NCBI GenBank assembly: GCA_051887715.1
Contig: JBJFAC010000249.1
Span: 1 to 11,747 of the forward strand
Length of the DNA stretch: 11,747 nt
DNA from: Candidatus Neoclostridium sp.
GTDB taxonomy: Bacteria > Bacillota > Clostridia > Christensenellales > Pumilibacteraceae
Reading direction: 5' to 3'
Shown here: one piece after another, positions 1 to 6,730 of the stretch
How the letters are laid out: each line of letters begins with the position of its first letter
How positions within the stretch are numbered: position 1 is the stretch's first letter
Made by a program: the position numbers and the translations under genes
The notes under the pieces: model-generated
Told to the model about the DNA's origin: nothing
The model's input: only the letters and a program-made list of their open reading frames with translations
The model's database searches: none

Positions 1-1
1 G

Positions 2-301
2 ATAGAAGCCGAGGGAATAGGGTGTCTGGAAGCGATTGCCTGCGGACTCGTGCCGATAATCTGTAATTCGGAGCGGTGCGCCACCAAGTCGTACGCGCTT
101 TGCCCCGAAAGCACGTTCGAGAACGGCAATCCCGACGATCTTGCCGGCAAAATCGACGGGTGGATCGAGCACCCCGAAAAGCGCGCGGAGTATTCCGAAA
201 AATACGTCGCTTTCGCAAGCGAGGATCTAAGACAGGAAAGCTGTATGAAAAAAATGGAAAAAATGCTTTACGAGACCGCCGAAAGATTTAAAAAGAAATA
301 A
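2..301 (+). CDS. Glycosyltransferase family 4 (GT-B fold), C-terminal fragment only; the 5' end lies outside the window
   Basis: The frame is open from the window edge. The translation ...IEAEGIGCLEAIACGLVPIICNSERCATKSYAL...NGNPDDLAGKIDGWIEHPEKRAEYSEKYVAFA matches the conserved C-terminal EX7E / nucleotide-sugar-binding region of GT4 enzymes. The stop codon TAA is at 299-301. Confidence 0.6.
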   Translation: MEAEGIGCLEAIACGLVPIICNSERCATKSYALCPESTFENGNPDDLAGKIDGWIEHPEKRAEYSEKYVAFASEDLRQESCMKKMEKMLYETAERFKKK

Positions 302-357
302 TTTTCGTCCGCGGCGCAAAAGAAAACGTTTACCGCTTTGGAAGCCTTGCAATCTTC

Positions 358-386
358 TTGACAAACGACCGCGCCGAGTGTATAAT
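358..386 (+). promoter_or_regulatory. Sigma70-type promoter for guaA: -35 TTGACA (358-363), 17-nt spacer, -10 TATAAT (381-386)
   Basis: Both hexamers match the consensus exactly with optimal spacing, about 60 nt upstream of the guaA start. The preceding gene ends at 301. Confidence 0.5.
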
Positions 387-447
387 TATATAGCGCAACG
401 GCTTTGCTATTGAGCAAATACTTACGAAAAAATTAGTGGAGAACGTT

Positions 448-1986
448 ATGAAAAATCAATTAGTGCTCGTCGTGGACTTCGGCGGACAGTATAACCAACT
501 GATCGTGCGCAGAGTGCGTAATCTCGGAGTATACGCCGAGATGGTTCCGGCGGACGTCACCGTGGAAAAAATCCGCGAGAAAAACCCCATCGGCATAATT
601 TTCACCGGCGGACCGGCAAGCGTGTTCGGAGAGGATTCCCCCAAGGTCACGAAAGAGATCTATTCGCTCGGAGTGCCCGTTCTGGGAATATGCTACGGGA
701 TGCAGCTTATCGCGCATCAGCTGGGAGGAGAGGTGGTTCACGCCGACGCAAAGCTGCGCGAATACGGCAAAATCACCGTAAATTATAAAGAAAGTACAAT
801 TTTCAAAGGCGTTCCCACGCCCAATCAGTGCTGGATGAGCCACACCGATCAGGTTAAAAGAGTTCCCGAAGGCTTTTCGGTTATCGCCTGCACCGATTCG
901 TGCGGAGTTGCGGCGTACGAGTGCCCCGAAAGAAAAATATACGGCGTTCAGTTCCATCCGGAAGTCGCGCACACGATAGGCGGCAACGATATTCTGAAGA
1001 ATTTCTTATACGACGTTTGCGGCGCTACGGGCGACTGGCATATGTCCGACTTCGCGCAGGAGCAAATAGCCGCTATCCGCAAAAAAGTGGGGGACGGCAA
1101 GGTTTTGTGCGCTATGAGCGGCGGCGTGGACAGCGCCGTTGCCGCAACGCTTATTCATAAAGCGGTGGGCGACAAGCTCGTGTGCATTTTCGTCGATCAC
1201 GGTCTGCTCCGCAAAAACGAAGCCGCCGAGGTCATGCGCGTGTTCAAGGAAGAACGCGGTATGAATTTAATAAAAGTGGACGCAAGCGATCTGTTCCTCA
1301 AGCAGCTGCAGGGCGTTCGCGAGCCCGAAAAAAAGCGTAAAATCATCGGTAAAGCGTTTATCGACGTGTTCTCCGAGGAAGCGAAAAAGCTGGGTAAAGT
1401 GGATTTTCTCGTTCAGGGCACCATCTATCCCGACGTCATCGAGAGCGGACTGGGCAAAAGCGCGGTGATCAAAAGCCATCACAACGTGGGCGGACTGCCC
1501 TCGGTGGTCGATTTCAAGGAGATAATCGAACCGCTTCGCCTGCTTTTCAAGGACGAGGTCAGAATGCTCGGTCTCGAGCTCGGACTGCCCGAAAACATCG
1601 TGTTCCGTCAGCCCTTCCCGGGTCCCGGACTTGCCGTGCGTATTATCGGAAATATCACGAGGGCGAAAATCCGTATTCTGCAGGACGCCGACTATATTTT
1701 CCGCGAGGAGATCGCAAACGCCGGACTGGATCGCGAGATATGGCAGTATTTCGCCGTGCTCACCGGTATGCGTTCCGTGGGCGTTATGGGCGACGAACGC
1801 ACCTACGACTACACGATCGCTTTGCGCGCTGTGACCAGCGTGGACGGTATGACAGCCGATTGGGCGGATATTCCGCACGACGTGCTGGTAAAAATTTCAT
1901 CGCGAATAGTAAACGAAGTCAAACACGTCAACCGCGTGGTTTACGATATAACCAGTAAGCCCCCGGCAACCATCGAGTGGGAGTGA
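448..1986 (+). CDS. guaA: GMP synthase (glutamine-hydrolysing): class I glutamine amidotransferase domain plus ATP-pyrophosphatase domain
   Basis: The 512-aa product has the GATase N-terminus ([33 protein letters not shown]) and the PP-loop SGGVDS, with the C-terminus ...KPPATIEWE typical of GuaA. ATG at 448 is preceded by GGAG at 438-441 with a 6-nt spacer. The ORF-track start at 436 is a GTG with no RBS. Confidence 0.95.
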   Translation: MKNQLVLVVDFGGQYNQLIVRRVRNLGVYAEMVPADVTVEKIREKNPIGIIFTGGPASVFGEDSPKVTKEIYSLGVPVLGICYGMQLIAHQLGGEVVHADAKLREYGKITVNYKESTIFKGVPTPNQCWMSHTDQVKRVPEGFSVIACTDSCGVAAYECPERKIYGVQFHPEVAHTIGGNDILKNFLYDVCGATGDWHMSDFAQEQIAAIRKKVGDGKVLCAMSGGVDSAVAATLIHKAVGDKLVCIFVDHGLLRKNEAAEVMRVFKEERGMNLIKVDASDLFLKQLQGVREPEKKRKIIGKAFIDVFSEEAKKLGKVDFLVQGTIYPDVIESGLGKSAVIKSHHNVGGLPSVVDFKEIIEPLRLLFKDEVRMLGLELGLPENIVFRQPFPGPGLAVRIIGNITRAKIRILQDADYIFREEIANAGLDREIWQYFAVLTGMRSVGVMGDERTYDYTIALRAVTSVDGMTADWADIPHDVLVKISSRIVNEVKHVNRVVYDITSKPPATIEWE

Positions 1987-2004
1987 TAATAAAACGAGTA
2001 AAAA

Positions 2005-2038
2005 GCCTCGCGGCGCGGTCTTTGCGTCCGAGGTTTTT
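2005..2038. terminator. Rho-independent terminator hairpin followed by T5 on the + strand; probably bidirectional, serving guaA and the convergent XRE gene
   Basis: The GC-rich stem GCCTCG...CGAGG (2005-2010 / 2029-2033, extended by inner GGCGC/GCGTC pairing) is followed by TTTTT at 2034-2038. On the minus strand the same hairpin is followed by CTTTTT. Confidence 0.5.
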
Positions 2039-2076
2039 ATATATTTAGACTTTTATATATTTAATTATATAGAGGA

Positions 2077-2283
2077 TCAATAATTCGTTCTGCCAAGCAG
2101 AAAGTCCACGCTGACGTCAAAGAGATCGGCTATTTTAACCAACGTTTCGAAATCGCATTCGCGCTGACCGCATTCCCAGTAGGAAACCTGGCGCACCGAA
2201 ACGCCCAGCTTTCCTGCCAGAAACGCGCGCGTCCATTCTTTTTCGCGCCGTAAATAGTATAATCTCTCAGAAAACGCATTCAT
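2077..2283 (-). CDS. XRE-family (Cro/C1-type) helix-turn-helix transcriptional regulator, 68 aa, DNA-binding domain only
   Basis: The translation MNAFSERLYYLRREKEWTRAFLAGKLGVSVRQVSYWECGQRECDFETLVKIADLFDVSVDFLLGRTNY has the canonical HTH_XRE pattern (helix-turn with GxS...Q.S.WE). No SD sequence is present; a TATTAT -10 ends 6 nt upstream of the ATG, suggesting a leaderless mRNA. The longer 87-aa ORF (start at 2340) would translate the promoter/operator DNA and is rejected. Confidence 0.75.
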   Translation of the reverse strand: MNAFSERLYYLRREKEWTRAFLAGKLGVSVRQVSYWECGQRECDFETLVKIADLFDVSVDFLLGRTNY

Positions 2284-2289
2284 ATAGAA

Positions 2290-2318
2290 ATAATAGAACA
2301 AAATGTTCCAAAATACTT
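2290..2318 (-). promoter_or_regulatory. Putative weak or leaderless promoter of the XRE gene: -10 TATTAT (complement of 2290-2295), poor -35 (AAGTAT / CAAGTA)
   Basis: The -10 hexamer lies 6 nt upstream of the ATG at 2283. Operator copy 1 (2296-2309) fills the spacer of this promoter. The -35 overlaps, on the opposite strand, the -35 of divergent promoter P1. Confidence 0.3.
2296..2309. promoter_or_regulatory. Operator-like palindrome, copy 1: aGAACA-AAA-TGTTCCa
   Basis: Perfect inverted arms GAACA/TGTTC with a 3-nt AAA centre. It abuts the -10 of the XRE gene promoter. Confidence 0.4.
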
Positions 2319-2345
2319 GACACGGAACAAAATGTTCCATATAAT
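2317..2345 (+). promoter_or_regulatory. Divergent promoter P1: TTGACA (2317-2322), 17 nt, TATAAT (2340-2345); perfect sigma70 consensus whose spacer is operator copy 2
   Basis: Both hexamers are exact consensus with 17-nt spacing. Its transcript would run rightwards through 2346-2605 towards the GH32 gene, or end at the weak hairpin plus T6 at 2400-2445. Confidence 0.35.
2324..2338. promoter_or_regulatory. Operator-like palindrome, copy 2: GGAACA-AAA-TGTTCC (15 bp, arms perfect)
   Basis: This is the second copy, centred 28 bp from copy 1. It lies exactly within the 17-nt spacer between -35 and -10 of the divergent + strand promoter P1. Confidence 0.4.
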
Positions 2346-2531
2346 ATTATTGTACTTGCCGTTTATTTTATGCGTTTTAAAATATAATAAGGTAAGTGCG
2401 TCACCACCGAGTCGCGGGCAAATAATATTTGTTCGTGACTTTTTTATATTTCTTGCGACGCGCCTTTACGCGCTCGTTACGCCCCGTTTATGTAAAATAT
2501 TTTTTTAAATAAATATATAATATAAATTGTG

Positions 2532-2560
2532 TTGACTTTATGACGGCGATATGATAAAAT
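2532..2560 (+). promoter_or_regulatory. Promoter P2 proximal to the GH32 gene: TTGACT (2532-2537), 17 nt, extended -10 TGaTAAAAT (2552-2560)
   Basis: Near-consensus hexamers with a TGn extension. A leader of about 40 nt ends in a strong RBS AGGTGGAGGAG 5-8 nt before the ATG at 2606. Confidence 0.5.
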
Positions 2561-2605
2561 AGAATAACACACTATTTCTGTCATATTAAAGGTGGAGGAG
2601 ACGAT

Positions 2606-4144
2606 ATGATAACGCAAAAGATGGAGAAAAGATACCTGTTGCTGCCCGTGGACAACACGGCTCGGCAGGGAAAGCTGCGTTTTTACGAAGGGGAGGGAGA
2701 AAACAGAAGGCAGGTTTTGGACCTTGATTTTCGTCCGGCTAGCGGCAAGGCGGACTTTATCGCAAGCTACGACGCGCGCGAGCTTTGCGGCAGGAACGTA
2801 TATTTCGAGTGCGATTGCGACGCAAATATAACGCAAAGCGATCGAAAAGCGCCCAAGGGCGAGGACGGGCTGCGTCCGTTCGTGCATTTCACGCCCGAAG
2901 TGGGCTGGAACAACGATCCGAACGGTATGATAAAATACGGCGACGAGTATCACTTATTTTATCAATACAATCCGTGCGGCAGAGACTGGGGCAATATGCA
3001 TTGGGGGCACGCGGTAAGCCGCGATCTTATACGATGGGAAGAAAAGGAGACGGCGCTTTTCCCCGACCGCACGGGCACTATGTTTTCGGGCTCGGCGATA
3101 GAGGACGAGCGCAACGTTACGGGGCTTAAAAAGGGCGAGAAAAATCCGCTGTTGCTTTTCTATACTGCGGCAGGCGGCACGAGCGAGCTTTCGCAGGGCG
3201 TGCCGTTTACGCAGAGGCTGGCATATTCTACGGACGGCGGCGCAAGCTTTATAAAGACGGGAAAAACAGTAATAGGGCATATTTCGGCAAGCAATCGCGA
3301 TCCCAAAGTCGTGTGGGCGGAGGAAATAGGCAAATACTTGCTTGCGCTTTACCTGACAAACGGCGAATACGCGCTTTTTACGTCCGAAAATCTGCTTGAA
3401 TGGGAGTTATTGCAAAAGTATTCGATCGGCGGAGACAGAGAGTGCCCGGACATATACGCTTTTCGTCGCGGCGACAAAATATACCGCGCTCTGATAGGCG
3501 CGTCCGATCGTTATATAATAGGCGAGTTTTCGGGCGGTAAATTCGTGCCGATCACCAAGCCTCAAAAGCTTAACGACACGCGGTGTCCGTACGCCGCTCA
3601 AAGCTTTTCGGGAACGGGCGACAGAGTATTGCGCATGTGCTGGAACAATATCGGCTCGCCGCGACTGTATTCTGCCAGCGAAATGGGGCTCGTGCAGGAA
3701 ATTACGCTGTGCGGCGAGGGCGAAAAAATGCGCCTTAACGTTATGCCTGCCCGTGAAACGGAAAAGTTGAATCAAGAAAAGATTTACGAAGGCGGTATCC
3801 CCGCCGGCAAGCCCGTTACCGTGCCGCTGGAAAAGAGCGCGTACCGGGTGGAGATCGCTTGCGATCGTTCCTATTTTTCTTTCTGCGCGTTCGGGTTGGA
3901 AATGCGTTTCAACGCAAAAAAGGAAGTGTTAAGCGTGGGAGAGACGAATATTCCGCTTAGCAAAAACGACGATATCGCAATCGTGGCGTTCATCGACAAA
4001 TGCTCGACGGAAATTTATCTTAGCGGAAAGAGCTTTGCCTGCGTTCCGCATACCTGCGATTACGCCAAAGCGAAGGCGGAATACGCTTGCGAGGGAGCAA
4101 CGCAAAAGCTGTCCGTAATACGGCTTGAAAATATTTTCGCCTGA
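2606..4144 (+). CDS. Glycoside hydrolase family 32 (beta-fructofuranosidase / sucrose-6-phosphate hydrolase / levanase-type), cytoplasmic, with an N-terminal extension of about 60 aa
   Basis: The 512-aa product carries the GH32 catalytic triad motifs: WNNDPNG (nucleophile Asp, residues ~101-107), RDP (SNRDPKVVW) and ECP (DRECPDIY). There is no signal peptide. The RBS is strong. Confidence 0.9.
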   Translation: MITQKMEKRYLLLPVDNTARQGKLRFYEGEGENRRQVLDLDFRPASGKADFIASYDARELCGRNVYFECDCDANITQSDRKAPKGEDGLRPFVHFTPEVGWNNDPNGMIKYGDEYHLFYQYNPCGRDWGNMHWGHAVSRDLIRWEEKETALFPDRTGTMFSGSAIEDERNVTGLKKGEKNPLLLFYTAAGGTSELSQGVPFTQRLAYSTDGGASFIKTGKTVIGHISASNRDPKVVWAEEIGKYLLALYLTNGEYALFTSENLLEWELLQKYSIGGDRECPDIYAFRRGDKIYRALIGASDRYIIGEFSGGKFVPITKPQKLNDTRCPYAAQSFSGTGDRVLRMCWNNIGSPRLYSASEMGLVQEITLCGEGEKMRLNVMPARETEKLNQEKIYEGGIPAGKPVTVPLEKSAYRVEIACDRSYFSFCAFGLEMRFNAKKEVLSVGETNIPLSKNDDIAIVAFIDKCSTEIYLSGKSFACVPHTCDYAKAKAEYACEGATQKLSVIRLENIFA

Positions 4145-4254
4145 GACGATTACGAGCGGAATAGAACACGGTGCGAGGAAAAAAGTCCGTTTAATATAGT
4201 GACACGGAAGCAATCCGGTGTTAAAATTAACGTAACCTATCAAGGAGACGTATT

Positions 4255-5355
4255 ATGCAGGAAAAGATTGAAATTTTGCGGACCGGCGACGTATATCATA
4301 GCGAAAGTTTGTTCGGATATTCTGGCTGGCCCACGGTGGCAAAGCTGGAGGACGGCAGGCTTATCGCAACGTTCTCGGCAGGCAGAATAGCGCACGTTTG
4401 CCCGTTCGGCAAGACGGTAGCGTGCTATTCGTACGACGAGGGCAGGACCTGGACGGCGCCCTTTGCCGTTGCGGACACTCCCTTCGACGATCGCGACGGA
4501 GGAATATGCGTTCGCGGAAAGCAGGTGCTGATAACGACCTTTAACAACACGTATTCGTTCCAGCGCGCGGAAAACGCAAGAAGAAACGACAGCCCGTCCA
4601 AAACCATTATCGAAGATTATATTGAATGTAACCAAAACGCGGATAATTCGTTGGTGGGCTCCTGGGTTTACGTCAGCGAGGACGGCGGCAACGTTTTCGA
4701 TAAGCGTTACCGTATGCCGATCACCAATCCGCACGGACCGATACTGCTGTCGGACGGACGCTATTTTTACGTCGGGCGCAGTTATTCGGTGGATAAAAAT
4801 TATCTCGAGGAGGGCGTTTTCAATAAATTTCTGCCCGAAGGCTTGTACTGTTGCTACTCGACCGACGGCTACGAGTGGACCGAGCCCGAAAGCATTCCGT
4901 TCGAGCCCCAAAACGACGATCTGTGGTGCGAGCCGCACGCGTTTGAAAAAAAGGACGGTAGCATTAGCGTTATGGTGCGCGTTCAGAAGCTTAAAAACGG
5001 CATAGGTCCGATGCGCACGTATCAGATCGATCAGACGGCGGACGGAAAGTGGTCCAAGCCCGTGGACCTCGGTATTCTCGCCTCTCCGCCGCATATTATC
5101 CGCCACAGCTCGGGCGCGCTGATCTGCGTCGTGGGCAGGCGCGTAAAGCCGTACGCACAGCAGGCTCTTATAAGCCGCGACGACGGCAAAACCTGGAGCG
5201 AACCGATAGATATCGACGTGCGTACCTGCTCGGACGATCACGGCTATCCCTCCAGCGTCGAGCTTAGCGACGGCAGCGTGCTCACCGCCTTCTATCAGCG
5301 CGAAAAGCCCAATGAAAAGAACAGGATAAGCTACGTCGTCTGGAGGCTCGCTTAA
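4255..5355 (+). CDS. BNR/Asp-box repeat protein with a predicted six-bladed sialidase-like beta-propeller fold, 366 aa; putative glycoside hydrolase of unknown specificity
   Basis: Four Asp-box motifs (SxDxGxTW-like) are present: YSYDEGRTWTAP, VSEDGGNVF, YSTDGYEWTEP and SRDDGKTWSEP. The RBS AGGAG lies 8 nt before the ATG. No signal peptide is present. A 110-nt gap from the GH32 stop contains no terminator, which suggests co-transcription. The canonical sialidase FRIP motif is not evident; the N-terminus reads GYSGWPTV instead. Confidence 0.7.
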   Translation: MQEKIEILRTGDVYHSESLFGYSGWPTVAKLEDGRLIATFSAGRIAHVCPFGKTVACYSYDEGRTWTAPFAVADTPFDDRDGGICVRGKQVLITTFNNTYSFQRAENARRNDSPSKTIIEDYIECNQNADNSLVGSWVYVSEDGGNVFDKRYRMPITNPHGPILLSDGRYFYVGRSYSVDKNYLEEGVFNKFLPEGLYCCYSTDGYEWTEPESIPFEPQNDDLWCEPHAFEKKDGSISVMVRVQKLKNGIGPMRTYQIDQTADGKWSKPVDLGILASPPHIIRHSSGALICVVGRRVKPYAQQALISRDDGKTWSEPIDIDVRTCSDDHGYPSSVELSDGSVLTAFYQREKPNEKNRISYVVWRLA

Positions 5356-5414
5356 GCCGCGATTCCGCTTTTCTTACTCACGAAAAAAGAAAACGCTTTC
5401 CGATATGTGCAGTT

Positions 5415-5733
5415 CCCATAGGGATTAATAATTTATAATAAAAGTATAGCACACTATACTTCACCAAAGGTGAAACGTAGTGTGCTTTTCTTATCCACAA
5501 AAGAATAAAAATTAAGTTATATTTTTAGCCTTATGGCTAAAAGTGATATGCAAGGGGCTTGCGTTATATTTCGGCTATGCCGAAGTTATATTATATTTGC
5601 CTTAACTTTCCCGATAGGGAAAATATCACTTTGCTGAAAGCAAAATATAACGCCGAAGGCATATCATTTGCCGTAAGGCAAATATAACTAACGGAGTAGC
5701 GATAAATCCCTATCGATACTCCGTTTATCGGGA
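5415..5733. repeat. AT-rich, inverted-repeat-dense, non-coding element of about 300 bp (candidate MITE, structured sRNA or nucleoprotein site) in the convergent intergenic region
   Basis: Exact inverted pairs: E ATAGGGATT 5418-5426 / AATCCCTAT 5705-5713; A AAAGTGATAT 5540-5549 / ATATCACTTT 5623-5632; B GCGTTATATTT 5561-5571 / AAATATAACGC 5643-5653; C TTATATTTGCCTTA 5591-5604 / TAAGGCAAATATAA 5674-5687; D TCCCGATA 5609-5616 / TATCGGGA 5726-5733. Local hairpins: 5523-5542 (8-bp stem), 5570-5584, 5619-5636, 5667-5680 and 5692-5723 (7+5 bp stem). No credible ORF is present. Confidence 0.4.
5448..5493. terminator. Strong nested hairpin AGCACACTA-TAC-TTCACC-aaa-GGTGAA-ACG-TAGTGTGCT followed by TTTTCTTAT; likely the terminator of the GH32-BNR operon, possibly bidirectional
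   Basis: The outer arms form a 9-bp perfect stem (5448-5456 / 5478-5486) and the inner arms a 6-bp perfect stem (5460-5465 / 5469-5474), followed by a T-rich run at 5487-5493. On the minus strand the hairpin is followed by CTTTTATTAT. Confidence 0.55.
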
Positions 5734-5828
5734 GAGTTTTTCGTTTGCGTTTTCGTCTTATTTCTTTTCTTGCCGCCGCGGGATCGGGAGCGATCATTGC
5801 GGCGCAGACGGGAGCGAAAATAGCTTCG

Positions 5829-6710
5829 TTATAGTTTTATTGCGCCTTTGAACTGCGTTGCCGCCGCACCGCGCCGGTTGCCTTTTTGCACGGCGAAGCG
5901 AATATTTTCTTCTGTAAACGGCTTTCCGTCCAGGTGAGCGAGCACGGCGCCGAAAAACGCGTCGCCCGCGCCCGTCGTATCCACGGGGTTGACTTTCGTC
6001 GTGGGGATCACTGCAAAGCTTTGGTTGTAAAAATAGGCGCTTCCGCGGCTCCCCAGCGTTACGAGCAGCAGTCTGTTCGGCTTGTATAGCAGTTTTACCG
6101 CTTTTTCAAGCCGGTTTTCGCCGGTAAACGCAACGAGCTCGTCCTCCGAGAACTTCAGAATATCGGCTTGTTCGATAAACGGCGAGTAGATTTTTTTTGC
6201 TTCCTCCACGCCGTCGAAAATATCGGAGCGGAAATTGACGTCGAACGAAAAGATTTTGCCACAGTCGCGTATTTTTTTGACGACTTGTGAAGCGAACCGT
6301 CTGCCCTTGGGCTCGGAGAGCATGAGCGAGCCGACGTGCACGATATTCAGATCGGCGTACGAGGACAGATCCACGTCGCCGTCGTCAAGATCGTAATCGG
6401 CGGCGTTACTGCGGAAAAACGAGAAATCGCGTTCGCCGTCCTTGAGCGTAACGAAAGCCAGAGTTGTGTTTTTTTCGTCGTCCGTCAGTACGTCCGTGCG
6501 GTCGAGAGCGGCTTTCTTTGCCTGCTCGGTCAGAAATCTGCCCACGGGATCGCGCCCGACCTTGCCCAGGAACGCCACGCGGGCGCCCTCCTGTTTTGCG
6601 TTTACGGCAACGTTGAACGGAGCGCCGCCGAGGTGCGCTTCCAGGAAAAGGCGGTCGCCGTTTTGTTCGCCGATAAGATCGGCAAGAATTTCTCCGATGG
6701 ATAATATCAT
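5829..6710 (-). CDS. PfkB/ribokinase-family carbohydrate kinase, most consistent with fructokinase
   Basis: The 293-aa product carries the N-terminal GGAPFNVA motif and the C-terminal anion-hole/catalytic motif DTTGAGDAF characteristic of PfkB sugar kinases. The context (GH32 locus) supports fructose as substrate. The RBS GAGGA lies 6 nt before the ATG, as the complement of 6717-6721. Confidence 0.8.
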   Translation of the reverse strand: MILSIGEILADLIGEQNGDRLFLEAHLGGAPFNVAVNAKQEGARVAFLGKVGRDPVGRFLTEQAKKAALDRTDVLTDDEKNTTLAFVTLKDGERDFSFFRSNAADYDLDDGDVDLSSYADLNIVHVGSLMLSEPKGRRFASQVVKKIRDCGKIFSFDVNFRSDIFDGVEEAKKIYSPFIEQADILKFSEDELVAFTGENRLEKAVKLLYKPNRLLLVTLGSRGSAYFYNQSFAVIPTTKVNPVDTTGAGDAFFGAVLAHLDGKPFTEENIRFAVQKGNRRGAAATQFKGAIKL

Positions 6711-6730
6711 TATTCGTCCTCTTTTTTCTT

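Noticed and set aside
50-301. ORF-track 83-aa ORF starting at an internal Met, and the overlapping 71-aa ORF at 76..291
   Set aside because: The 83-aa frame is open to the window edge and continues a GT4 C-terminal domain, so it is a 5'-truncated gene rather than a small ORF. The 71-aa ORF is an Arg-rich alternative-frame artefact.
436-447. ORF-track start of guaA at 436 (GTG, giving MENVMKNQ...)
   Set aside because: There is no RBS in front of 436. ATG at 448 has GGAG 6 nt upstream and yields the usual GuaA N-terminus.
2296-2338. Possible LexA/SOS (Cheo) boxes
   Set aside because: The Gram-positive LexA box is GAAC-N4-GTTC. Both copies here have an N5 spacer (GAAC-AAAAT-GTTC). Their position and duplication are better explained as operators of the adjacent XRE repressor.
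2284-2340. Longer 87-aa version of the XRE ORF starting at 2340
   Set aside because: The extra 19 residues (MEHFVPCQVFWNILFYYFY) are the translation of the palindromic operator/promoter DNA. The HTH_XRE domain is complete from the Met at 2283, and the longer ORF has no RBS either.
4240-5241. 333-aa minus-strand ORF overlapping the BNR gene
   Set aside because: It is an Arg/Ala-rich antisense artefact typical of GC-rich coding DNA. The + strand frame has an RBS and conserved Asp-box motifs.
5591-5797. 68-aa minus-strand ORF inside the structured intergenic element
   Set aside because: It has no RBS, a low-complexity Arg/Lys-rich N-terminus, and spans hairpins and inverted repeats. It is most likely a chance ORF in AT-rich DNA.
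5771-5806. GC-rich hairpin TGCCGCCGC...GCGGCGCA just downstream of the fructokinase stop, as its intrinsic terminator
   Set aside because: On the transcribed (minus) strand the hairpin is followed by AGAAAAGAAA rather than a U-run, so it may be a processing or stability element but not a canonical terminator.
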